The position numbers and the translations under genes were made by a program. The notes beneath the pieces were generated by a model, which was given only the letters and a program-made list of their open reading frames with translations, searched no databases and was not told where the DNA came from. From positions 124,001 to 188,000 of the forward strand of contig JASANG010002792.1 of the NCBI GenBank assembly GCA_030248215.1: 64,000 nt of DNA. Direction: 5' to 3'. Shown here in pieces: positions 39,301-49,300 of the stretch. The stretch's first letter is position 1. Every line of letters begins with the position of its first letter. The DNA is from Enoplolaimus lenunculus. Lineage: Eukaryota.

Positions 39301-40816
39301 ACCATTTTATCACATAAAATTCTAACGGGGGGCGTACGCCCGCCCCAACCCCCTCTGAATCCGCTACTGATTATGATACAAATTGACAATTTTGGCAATA
39401 TATACACTCAGACAATTTTAGAAAAATATGTTGAAATAATATGCCAACTTTTCTTAAATTTTTGAACGAAAAAAATTTTCAATACCTAAAGTGCGGAAAA
39501 TTCCGGTGGAAAAATACCTGATTTATAACCGGATCCGAACAGTGAAAAATACCAGGTTTGCCTACCGGAACCGAAATTCCTGTTGCAACACCCGCTAGTC
39601 ATGCAAAGATATAAAACTTTCGAAAACTGTTTAAAGTTTATACTTATGTACCGTGGCAGCCTTAGTCATTACGTGTCATTCTGCTTTGTTTGCCTTACAA
39701 TTGTATAGGCTTACGAGGCAAAAAAACTTCAGCCAAACACTGGAATTCCAAAACATAGCGAGCTTAACGAACTCTTTCTACTCAGCCAAGACTACGAAGC
39801 GTTTGAAGTTGATCCAAGAGCGATTGAAGTCTATCCAAAATTACTCAATGCCGGTCGAATTCAATTTGTTGCTCCGGACATTATTGAATTGAAGGTTTTC
39901 CATTTTGTTTCAAAAGGTTTTATAGCGGCAAATATTTGCCACTGTTTAAATGTGTGACCTTTGTATTTTACAAAACCTCAATTTCAGAAAAGACTTTGGA
40001 AAATTAAGCATCTTTTTGAAATTATATAATCCCAACGAAATTAAATATTTTATTTTTAATCTATAAAGACTTTGCTTGACCCCACAGCAACAGTGATATT
40101 CGTGACACTTTATACGCGCAAATGCGTATTGTACAAGGATAAATTGGGGTTGCTATATATCGTCGGGAATGTTTTGGGAACGCAAGAACAAGCAAATATA
40201 ACTCGCTTTTTTGGAATAAGGTTCTAAAATCACAATGTACATTAAAAAATTCTCGTTAGCTACGCTCGCCTGCAGAAACCTTAAAAGAAGGACTCGTATT
40301 CTCAAACGTGTGTGGCACACCATTACGTACTGGTGATAGGGCTTGTAGTTGTCGTACCAATGAATGGCAACGTTCTAATTTCAGCACATTTACCGTAATT
40401 GCCTTGCCCTACTTCTGTGTCAGTTTTGAGTTTAGCAATCACAGGGCGTTTGTGTGTTTCCGAACCTATCGCTAAACTGGTCATAGATGCTATACACATT
40501 CGAGAAAATGGCCCAAGGTACTAACCTTCCGAAATGAAATCCTATGACTACGCTCTGACCGTGTGTTGCCTATTATTTTTATGTTTAGATTCCAATCACG
40601 TTTTGTCCAGAACTAGAGTTCGTTATTGACTGGATTAACGCCCACGCATCCGTATCCCATGAATCCGAGAATTTCAGACAACTAATGCGCGATTCTGTTT
40701 GTGGTCCTGAATCGAACCCAAAAACTCAAAAAGATCTTTTGGCCCTTGCCGGCCTAGCAAAGCATTTAGAAATCGATGATTTAGTTCAATGTATTCGTCT
40801 GAAATTGTTCAACTGA
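33364..40816 (+). CDS. Protein with two tandem SKP1/ElonginC-like BTB domains, 5 exons, about 326 aa
   Basis: Phase-consistent exons 33364-33472, 35357-35604, 36114-36323, 39709-39894, 40589-40816 (981 nt). Domain 1: LPFSPRSLEICLDWL...GWDATLRKDFPSESLFELWFTADRLGI. Domain 2: FLLSQDYEAFEVD...LEFVIDWINAH...LLALAGLAKHLEIDDLV. Both resemble SKP1 motifs. Exon 1 is the least certain. Confidence 0.72.
36754..36825 (-). tRNA. tRNA-like sequence (probable SINE head or pseudogene)
   Basis: Minus strand reads GACCGCGTAGTGTAGTGGTAGCAT...GGTTCGATTCTCGGCGTGGTCA. Fully paired 7-bp acceptor stem and A/B boxes, but irregular anticodon and T arms. Confidence 0.45.
37626..38072. mobile_element. TA-type MITE (family of 7514-7748)
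   Basis: TIR CTGTAGTGACCCGAATAAGAGGGG at the left and CCCCTCTTATTCGAGTCACTACA at the right. Confidence 0.75.
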
Positions 40817-41103
40817 ACTTTGATGATAAAACTGTATAGTGGGTGCTTGTACATATTGCCCCCTGCATTTAAATTTGAGGCATACGCTTAAAAAAGCTAA
40901 ATCAACGGATTAGGCTTAGGTTCAAGTTTACTGAAGCCTTTTCCGAAACCTAATATTAAACCTATAAATAGAAAATGAACAAGAATTCATTATTTAATTT
41001 ATTTGCGTACAATGTTCATTCGAATCTCAAGCCAGAACGAGAGAAGTTCAGGTCTCTTCATGTTCTCCGTCATTAATGAATAAATTCAATTCTTGACCTT
41101 GTA

Positions 41104-41484
41104 CTGTGGTGACCCGAATAACAGGGGAAACCGTAATAAGAGCGCGGATCCCTATTTCGAGCTTGAATCAATATTAGCCTGTTTCCCTTTGTTAGAATCT
41201 AAAAACGGATATAGTCAACAATTGCTAATTAGTTGATAAACGTTAATTACCCGTTGCGTAATTGCTTTCTGGATTAAATTAAGTTCAGTACAATATTTAA
41301 TTCATTACTCAAAGTATAATGCTACCTGTATTCATTTTTTAAACCATAAAAACGACAGGTTTAAGAGGAGCGTTATTTAAATAGCTGGTGAAAAATATAT
41401 AACAGTCCGGAACCGAATAGCGTGGAGGTCCCATTTGGAGAAACGAAGTAAATATCACTCACCCTCTTATTCGGGTCACTGCAG
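41104..41484. mobile_element. TA-flanked MITE (family of 7514-7748)
   Basis: TA-CTGTGGTGACCCGAATAA ... TTATTCGGGTCACTGCAG-TA. Confidence 0.75.
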
Positions 41485-42147
41485 TACATCACTGGAAACG
41501 TGCATGCAATGCTGATAGTTTTTTGACATCTTCGAATACGCAGAACTGGCGTTATTGGCATTGTTTGAGTCCAAAATAGCAGACACTTCCTAAAATCATA
41601 CAATCTTTTGAAGCATATTAATAAAATTTTTTACAATGTTCTTTAGGCTGTTAATTTTGGCGGATTTAAACATAATTGCAGGTAAATATACCCAAAGCCT
41701 TATCAGTTCTTTCAAGTTCAACTTACTATCGTTATCAGAATAAGAATAACTTTAACTAAAGCTCCAACATGTAGCTTTGAGATTAGCGTCTACTGCAGTT
41801 GAAATCACCCAAGCTATTTATGACTTGCTCACTACACCGTAAAATGGCACGAATCTCAACTTGTCGGAAATAGGCTTTTCCTGATGATACTTGCACCAAA
41901 TCGACTCCACCAAAGCAAACGTGCGACATTGTAATTCGAATTGACGAGCGAATTGACTCAGTTGTGTAGTCAGGAAAAGCCATTTGAGAGCAATTTGAGC
42001 TCACCATTTTTTGCAGTGTATACACTATTGAGAAACAGCAGACTCATAGAACTACGCCTACTTGTTCTTCGCTTAAGCCTGGTGACTCCAAGCACAAGAC
42101 AAAGAAAATCAGACACCACTAAACACACCGAACAGGAAAATACTAAC

Positions 42148-42274
42148 TTGTCTTTCAGATAATTCAAGAAATTGCAATTTCAATACGCTTTTTCGGTTCG
42201 ATGAAAGAATTCTTTTTCAAGTTCAAGACTGAGTCCGCGGTACGCTGTTCGAATGCGTTTGCTTCACCATGACT
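42148..42274 (-). pseudogene. Hox/ParaHox-class homeobox exon with multiple small deletions (pseudogene or mis-called sequence)
   Basis: After a ttttag acceptor, the minus strand gives SKRIRTAY....LELEKEF, then in shifted frames KRIEIA and LSERQ, followed by donor gttagt. Confidence 0.6.
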
Positions 42275-42923
42275 CTAAAATGTAATCTAATTTACAATTA
42301 AGCCCATATTACAATCGTCAATTATTACCCATGCAAAGTAGTCAGTTTTTTCTGTGATTATAGAAGTAAGCTTAAGCTTTAGACTGTTTTTATTCGCTTG
42401 TTTAGCCTTAGCTTAGAATAAACCAATCTTACGCTCAGACTAGCTAGAATAAACTCATTCTACGCTCAGCTAGCTTAGAATAAACTTATTTCTTACGCTT
42501 AGCTTAGCTTTTAGCTTAGCTTAGAATATGCTTATAACACGTTTTCCTGTCTCTCACATTGGCCAATTTGTTTACCATATTTCAGCGGGACAGTTTCGGC
42601 ATTATATCGGGATTATTGTTAACTGGTCTGCCGGTTTTGAGTAATACGCAAAAATTTAGCGAATACACAAAAATTTGATTCAATAAATTAACCGATTTTA
42701 ATATGCACCTTAATTTAAATTAATTTTACATTTTTAGCAGTCGCTACAGTACGCATTTGAACAGCGTAGACCCCCCCCTAATGGATCGAAAAAAATTTTA
42801 ATTAATACAGTGTTTGGCCAGAGCCTACTCAGGAGTGGAGAACCAGCCGAATTTAAGGGGAACTGCCACCCATTGACTAAAATTAACTAATTTAATTTCC
42901 ATGTAACACAAAACAGTGGGCCC

Positions 42924-43230
42924 ATGTTACTCTCAGAGTGTCCCATTTACCCAAGGGACAGCAATATACACAGAATGAAATGTCTTTGCCCGGTTGGTCG
43001 GGACAGCTTCAAACGTGTTTGTATATACTGGGTCGGTCGGGGCAGCCGGGACAGCTTCGAGCCCGTATGTTTGCTGGGTCGGTCTGGACAGCCGGAACAG
43101 CTTCGAGCCCGTATTTTAGCTCGGTCGGTCTGGACAGCCCGGATAGCTTCAGGTATGGATAGATAGGACAGCACCAAACGTATGTTTTTGCTTTGTCGGT
43201 TGGGACAGCTGGGACACCGTGGACCCGGCC
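42924..43230 (+). repeat. GGGACAG-rich repeat (inverted partner at 50530-50800)
   Basis: About 47-bp units 'gggtcggtc.ggacagccgggacagcttcgagccc' preceded by GTTACTCTCAGAGTGTCCC. Confidence 0.65.
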
Positions 43231-43628
43231 CATGTATAGAACACTGGCACAAAAATATTGGTTTTATTGCGTTTTCAAGGGGCTGTCGACCCCCAAACCC
43301 CCACAAAAAGCAAATCTTTGTTTGAACAAAATTTTTTGACTTTGTCTGTAGCTTTTGTGAGAACCGCTTCGTGCGAATACTGCATTCTGACCAGGAAAGA
43401 CAAATTTAGGCTTAATAAAATTACAAAGCACTTTACTGCCTAAGGCTTCTGTAGAAAGTTGACCTACAGCTCCTGCTCCGGGAAAATTTTAGCCGGAGGT
43501 TCAGACAATTTGGGTATGCTTCAAAACAAAATTTTTTATTGACCAATGTTTTATAAACTGCGGTGCCGGCTCCGGTTTGTTTTAACCCAATTGCATTCAG
43601 GCATTAATATTTACTTTTATATTAAATA

Positions 43629-45401
43629 ATGCCTACAACCAGTGATCACGATGTCATTGGTATTGCTGGAGGCGGCAGTATTTTGTCGGAGGAGACTTCC
43701 ACCTTAACTGATCAACCACAAACCCCAATGGACACGGCAGCAATTGATCACAATCAGGATTACGACGTCGAGGGTAATAATGATGCAAATGAATTAAAAG
43801 GGGACTATGCGAACTTATTACGGTCTAGAACACTCTATGTAACTAATCTTAAATATCATGGTCTTAATAACTTAACGTGCGTAGAAGTGCTGAACGCTGT
43901 TAATAAGGTTTTCACTGTCCAGGGCGGTGAGAAGTTTAGTAATAGTGTTAAAATTATTTTCCCATCCAAGGACATTGCATCTATAGCAGCGGGTAAATCA
44001 ATTAAAATTGGGGACTCGGAGGTAATTCTAGAAATTCCTCGCGACGCAACATTGCAATCTCCTTTTATCGTTCGAACTTTACATCTATATGGCGTCCCCT
44101 TTGAAGTTCCGGATAAAGCGCTACAGTCTTTCTTAGCTGCTCAAAATATTCAGTGCTTGCAACCTGGTCGTTTCATCAAGCATCGAGGAAGTGAATACAT
44201 CTCAAGTGGTCGAAGTTTCTTAGTCCAGATCCGCCGCGACTATAAAATACCTCCTCGGCTCGAATGGTGCGATCCTCATTTTAGGCGCGGATATATTATA
44301 ATTCGGGCATGGTACCCGGGTATGGGTCGGTATTGCAAATCATGTTATAAATTTGGACATGAACAATTAGATTGTGTTGATTTTCCTGCTTTGAACAATA
44401 CTGAGGTGGACACGAACTCAGCTAAACAACAACAAGAAGAGCAAGAACCCAAACAACAGTCACAACAACAGCAGCAACAGAAACAACAAATACAACAACA
44501 ACAATTACAACAACAACGGCAACAAATGAAAGCCGGGATAGACAATGATCGCAGCAAGTTAAATACAAACAAGCAGTTTCTTGATATCAGTAACTTTATT
44601 ATGGGGTTAATCAAAAATATTCAGTCCAGCATTAACAATGATATTATTGTGAGAGAACCATTAGCTTTAGTCATCAATGGAAAGCTGGATTTGACTAAAC
44701 TGCCAGAATCCGGGAAATCTTTTCTCAATTTTTCTGCTTGGTATAGATATTTGCATTTGAAACGATCGATGTCTCCGCCATTTCACCCTGAGGGTGAAGA
44801 CGTTAAAACATTTTTTGATTCGAAACATCCAAGCAATTATCGTCTCTCGAATTTCCATGTTGACAATCCAGTATCTGTTTGGGGCGAGTCTTTCTCATCT
44901 CCTGAAAAATTTGTCGCAGTGTGGAAGGCGAGATTCAGTGGTCGCAAAGATATCGAAGAGAAGGTTTGGGGAACAGACGATCCTAAATCAATAAAATTTT
45001 TACATAGTCAGATAGTTTGGCCGGGTACAACGTTACATTATTTGTGTATCGTTTTCGAATTAATTTATACGATTTGTTTTGCACGAGCACAACAATGTGA
45101 TGTGATTGGGCGCACACTATTGTCAACAGAGGGTCTATTGGTTGAGACTGTACCTGGGCCGGGGCCTTGGAGCTGCGGCCGTGGACACTCTGATAATCGA
45201 GCTCAAAATAGAGTTACCTGGCGTCCTGGCAGTTTAAACTTAAATGGTGACTGTCAGACTCTTGTGCGAGAACACATTATGTTACGAAAGGTGAGAACAG
45301 TAAGCACATCGTCTGATATATCCTCTCGCGTTACAGGTGTTAAGCGGTTGTATGAAGAGTCAGATGTGATTAGTGGCAAAAAGCCAAACATTGCAATGTG
45401 A
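43629..45401 (+). CDS. LINE ORF1 (590 aa): RRM-like region, CCHC zinc knuckle, polyQ linker, C-terminal NADAR/YbiA-like domain
   Basis: RTLYVTNL and RTLHLYGVPFEVPD (RRM-like strands typical of Tx1 ORF1). CKSCYKFGHEQLDC at 44334-44375. Q-rich tract 44427-44525. aa about 395-550 carry LSNF, SPEK..VWK, DPKSIK, LLST, LVE, WSCG, NLNG..LVRE. Confidence 0.85.
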   Translation: MPTTSDHDVIGIAGGGSILSEETSTLTDQPQTPMDTAAIDHNQDYDVEGNNDANELKGDYANLLRSRTLYVTNLKYHGLNNLTCVEVLNAVNKVFTVQGGEKFSNSVKIIFPSKDIASIAAGKSIKIGDSEVILEIPRDATLQSPFIVRTLHLYGVPFEVPDKALQSFLAAQNIQCLQPGRFIKHRGSEYISSGRSFLVQIRRDYKIPPRLEWCDPHFRRGYIIIRAWYPGMGRYCKSCYKFGHEQLDCVDFPALNNTEVDTNSAKQQQEEQEPKQQSQQQQQQKQQIQQQQLQQQRQQMKAGIDNDRSKLNTNKQFLDISNFIMGLIKNIQSSINNDIIVREPLALVINGKLDLTKLPESGKSFLNFSAWYRYLHLKRSMSPPFHPEGEDVKTFFDSKHPSNYRLSNFHVDNPVSVWGESFSSPEKFVAVWKARFSGRKDIEEKVWGTDDPKSIKFLHSQIVWPGTTLHYLCIVFELIYTICFARAQQCDVIGRTLLSTEGLLVETVPGPGPWSCGRGHSDNRAQNRVTWRPGSLNLNGDCQTLVREHIMLRKVRTVSTSSDISSRVTGVKRLYEESDVISGKKPNIAM

Positions 45402-45454
45402 ACGTGCATTTTTTTTGTTTTACATGCCTTAAATTGATATGAAAGAGAGTCAAT

Positions 45455-48400
45455 ATGGATCTGCCAAATTTCTTTTCTTTTTCCAGTTTAAATTGCAGAT
45501 CCATTAAGCATTTTCGAAAAGTGTCGATAGTTTTTGAAAGGATAAAAGATTTGGATTTGATTTGTCTGCAAGAGACACATTTTAAAAACAATTGGGATGC
45601 AGAGATTTTTGATAGAATTTTCTCACGCAATTTTAAAATATTTCACAGTTTCGCAAGCGAGGAGAATAGTAAAACAGGGGTAACGGTCCTTATAAATAGG
45701 ACAGCTCCTGTTGGTCAAATTGAAAACATTTTTAATATTCAGGGTAGGGCGGTCACGATTGCTTTTAGTATTGGCTCTCTTTCTTTTTTCTTAATTGGTA
45801 TTTATGCTCCCGCGAACGGCGAGCAGCGAGTAGTTTTTTTCAACCAGCTGATGCAACAAGTGCAAAATTCGTTTTGGTTTGATTATAAATGTGTTATTAT
45901 GTTGGGTGATTTTAACTTAGTTGAGGACCCGGTTTTGGACCGATCACGGCCGTCATATGATCAGCAGAAAGGCCTGAGAGAGCTTTATTGTTTGAAGGAA
46001 CTGTTGGTGATATCTGATGTTTTTAGGGAGACACATCCAAATAAAAACGACTTTTTTACTTTTCTTTCAGACATTCATGGAAGTCAGTCTCGTATAGATC
46101 GGATTTATATGCCGGCTTTTTTACAACCGGGCGCTTTGTGTACCGCTCGCGCAGTGAACAAGACAGATCATAGGTTGTTTAGAGTTAAGATTCGCTTACC
46201 TAATTTAAAGAGAGGTAAAGGATACTATAAGATGAATACAATGCTTTTGGGTGAAGTCGGCGTACAGACCTTTGTTTTAACGCGGCTCAAACATTTAATG
46301 AACATTTCCACAGGGTTTTCTATGATGTGGGAAGTATTTAAGGCTGATGTTAAAACCTTCTTTGTAAAGTTGGGTAAAAATAAAGCTAAGGAACGCGACA
46401 TGTTGAGGAAATCATTAGAGAGCCAAGTTATTAATGTACAAATGCTGATAGGACAGTATCCAAACAATCCGAATCTCAGATCGGGTCTTAAAAAGCTAAA
46501 AAATGAAATCGAATTATTGAATGCATTTTATATTGCTTCTTGCAGGCATAATACGTACTACGGTAGTGAGGTAAATGACAACGCCTCTTTAGCAACAGTC
46601 AAGTCTCTTCAACGTAAGAACTGGGAAGCCAGGCATATAAGCTCGATCGAAAGGTCTGATGGCACGTTAGTAACAGACTCAGATGCAGTTCTAGGTGAAA
46701 TTACTGAGCAGTATTCCAACGTATTCAGATCGGAAGGGATAAGCGGAGAAGATCTCACTTTTTTTCTGGCACAAAATGGTCTTTCCAAGTTGAGTGAGGT
46801 GGAAAAAAATACTTTAGAGGGACCCATTACGTCAGTTGAAATAGCGAGCGCTATTAAATCTATGCAGGGTAAAAAGACGCCGGGATACGATGGTATTCCT
46901 GTTGAATTCTATTGGCTGTTTTGTGGAATATTATCTGAATTTTTGTGTAAAATGTATAACGCGTTCTTGGATGATCTTAAGCTCAATTCCTCCGCATATG
47001 ATGGTGTTATTACCCTATTATATAAAGGGAATGGAAGGAAAACGTGTCGCGATAATTGGCGGCCAATTACGTTGCTGAATATAGATTATAAGATTTTTAC
47101 GAAAGTTTTGGCAAAAAGATTAGAATCGGTCATGAAATCTTTAGTCCACCCGGATCAGACAAGCTCGGTTCCCGACAGAATTATCCAAGACAGTGTTGCA
47201 CATGTCATGTCTGTTATTCATTATGCCAATGAAAGCAACGCAAAGGCGTTGCTGCTATCAGTTGATCACAAAGCCGCTTTTGATTTGGTGGAGTGGTCAT
47301 TTATTTTTGAGACACTTAGGGTCATGAATTTTGGCGAAAACTTTTTAAACATGATCAAATGTATTTATAAACCCGGATGTACAAGATCATCTGTTATAGT
47401 TAATGGTTTTAAGTCAGAATTTTTTCATGTTTTCCGTGGAATTCGACAAGGGTGTCCCTTATCGCCGTCATTATATGTCATAACAGCGGAAGTGGTAGCT
47501 CATTATCTTCGAATAACTTCAAGAATTTCGGGGATACCACTATACGGCATTAACACCCGAGTGACTAAGTTTGCCGACGACACTAATATTTTTCTAAGTA
47601 GGATTTCAGATATAAGTGTGGTTTTTGATGTTTTTGAAAAATTTCAAAAGGCCTCTGGCAGCCGACTAAAGGAAACTAAAACACAGATACTATTAATGGG
47701 CGATCTAAGGAACGCACTTGTACCCCATCAATATGCACGCTTTATTGTTGAAAGAGTGAAAATTTATGGCCTTTGGTTTGATTCAAAGGGACTCGATGTT
47801 CCTGAAAATTGGATAAAGTGCTATGAAGCAATTGCAAGTCTTGAACAGCGAATACCGCCCCGAGGTATCTCTGTTTTTGGAAAAATCCATCTTGTTCACA
47901 TTTATTTTTTGTGTATGTTTAATTACTTGATAAAATTAGTAACACCCCCTGAGCAACTAGTGAAGGAAACTATCAATGTGGTTTATAAGTGGTTGTGGTA
48001 CCCGTCTACCGCTAGTATTATTAGAAGGGATATCCTGTTTTTACAACCTAGTCACGGCGGGATAAATTTCCCAAATATTTTTGTCAGACTGAAAGTGAAT
48101 CGTTTAATGTTTTATATTCGAATATTAAGAGGTACCGAAGTTGTGAGTTGGAAGAGATGTTTCGAACATTTCTTTCGGCAAGTTCAGTTTTCGACTAAAC
48201 GTCAACTGAGACGCATTGATGTACCGGAGTTATATAAAGAGATACGGATTGCAATGATTGAGTCATCTTTTAAAATGGATGGAAATTTTTGTTGGTTTTT
48301 TGGCGAAAAGTTATCCTTAAAAACAGTGTCGGCAAATAAATTGTATAAAATGTGGATACACGCTGTGTATAAGGTACTCATGCATCCTAAACATGTTTTT

Positions 48401-48991
48401 TGGCGAGACGAGCTAGGAGTTGAACCTATTTTTGTCGAGCGATCATGGATATGGGCAAAAGCGAAATATGTTGACGGCTCTGCGCGAGACGTCCATTTTA
48501 GGTTAAGACACAAGTCATTGTATACTAATCACCGCACTAGTCATTTTACAGATGGGACAAATATATGTTCGTTTTGTTATTTGGATGGAATTGAAGTGCG
48601 GGAGGATAATGTTCATGTGTTTATTTATTGTTTGCGGGCGCAAGAAATTAGTTTTTTCATTACTCCCGTTTTGCAACAGGTAGCTGGAGTAAATGAAATA
48701 ACGATTTCGGATTTAATTTTGGGACGAAATATTCACGACCCATTAAAGAGAATAGCTTTTAATTTCATCGTCCAACATGCACAATTGGCAATATGGAGTG
48801 CTCGATGTAAACTCGAGTTTAACAATGAAAATGTCTGTGTTGTTGATGTTTTTCAGGAAAATGTTTATAGAAATTTGTGCAAACTTAAGCTGTATCTAAA
48901 AGAAGAATGTTTTTTTAAGGTTTTTGGAACAATAACCCGACAGAATGATAGCATGCTGGGTTTTCGAATGTCTTTTTCTCAGCGTACCTGA
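45455..48991 (+). CDS. LINE ORF2 (1178 aa): APE endonuclease + reverse transcriptase + C-terminal CCHC zinc finger
   Basis: Endonuclease motifs SLNCR, LQETH, IYAP, GDFN, SRIDRIY, TDH. RT motifs KTPGYDG, WRPITLLNIDYK, DHKAAFD, GIRQGCPLSP, FADD. C-terminal CSFC...HVFIYC. Confidence 0.97.
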   Translation: MDLPNFFSFSSLNCRSIKHFRKVSIVFERIKDLDLICLQETHFKNNWDAEIFDRIFSRNFKIFHSFASEENSKTGVTVLINRTAPVGQIENIFNIQGRAVTIAFSIGSLSFFLIGIYAPANGEQRVVFFNQLMQQVQNSFWFDYKCVIMLGDFNLVEDPVLDRSRPSYDQQKGLRELYCLKELLVISDVFRETHPNKNDFFTFLSDIHGSQSRIDRIYMPAFLQPGALCTARAVNKTDHRLFRVKIRLPNLKRGKGYYKMNTMLLGEVGVQTFVLTRLKHLMNISTGFSMMWEVFKADVKTFFVKLGKNKAKERDMLRKSLESQVINVQMLIGQYPNNPNLRSGLKKLKNEIELLNAFYIASCRHNTYYGSEVNDNASLATVKSLQRKNWEARHISSIERSDGTLVTDSDAVLGEITEQYSNVFRSEGISGEDLTFFLAQNGLSKLSEVEKNTLEGPITSVEIASAIKSMQGKKTPGYDGIPVEFYWLFCGILSEFLCKMYNAFLDDLKLNSSAYDGVITLLYKGNGRKTCRDNWRPITLLNIDYKIFTKVLAKRLESVMKSLVHPDQTSSVPDRIIQDSVAHVMSVIHYANESNAKALLLSVDHKAAFDLVEWSFIFETLRVMNFGENFLNMIKCIYKPGCTRSSVIVNGFKSEFFHVFRGIRQGCPLSPSLYVITAEVVAHYLRITSRISGIPLYGINTRVTKFADDTNIFLSRISDISVVFDVFEKFQKASGSRLKETKTQILLMGDLRNALVPHQYARFIVERVKIYGLWFDSKGLDVPENWIKCYEAIASLEQRIPPRGISVFGKIHLVHIYFLCMFNYLIKLVTPPEQLVKETINVVYKWLWYPSTASIIRRDILFLQPSHGGINFPNIFVRLKVNRLMFYIRILRGTEVVSWKRCFEHFFRQVQFSTKRQLRRIDVPELYKEIRIAMIESSFKMDGNFCWFFGEKLSLKTVSANKLYKMWIHAVYKVLMHPKHVFWRDELGVEPIFVERSWIWAKAKYVDGSARDVHFRLRHKSLYTNHRTSHFTDGTNICSFCYLDGIEVREDNVHVFIYCLRAQEISFFITPVLQQVAGVNEITISDLILGRNIHDPLKRIAFNFIVQHAQLAIWSARCKLEFNNENVCVVDVFQENVYRNLCKLKLYLKEECFFKVFGTITRQNDSMLGFRMSFSQRT

Positions 48992-49300
48992 TTTGTAGTT
49001 TGTTTTGAAACTAGGTTTCTTGTGTGCTTTTTAACATATTTGCTCTGAATAATATCCTTGCAAGCAGAGTAGAATAATGGGTAATTTTCAAGGACCTTTG
49101 TTATGTTATGATAATATGTTGTTGCCTTCTTTGGTTTATATAATTGCTTTCGTTGATGTAAATGTGGTTTATCCTTTTAATAAAACCCGGGGTGTTCGGC
49201 AAACGAGCGCTTCGGACTTAAACTTAAAACTCTTCACCTCTGCTTGCGCACTGCATACTGTTTACCTTCGCTACATCGTTGCAACCAGGAATGATAGACC

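Larger units (their letters stand above)
43600..49186 (+). mobile_element. L1/Tx1-type non-LTR retrotransposon with both ORFs intact
   Basis: Two intron-less, uninterrupted ORFs separated by 53 nt, a T-rich 3' UTR and AATAAA at 49179. The 5' boundary is approximate; no clear TSD or polyA tail found. Confidence 0.92.

Noticed and set aside
41783..42025. ORF ending in LGDFN, resembling an APE endonuclease motif
   Set aside because: It overlaps a non-coding repeat also found at about 4820-4930, and no other endonuclease motifs are present.
43570..43600. AACCC as a LINE target-site duplication (also at about 49184)
   Set aside because: Too short, and its position relative to the true ends is unknown.
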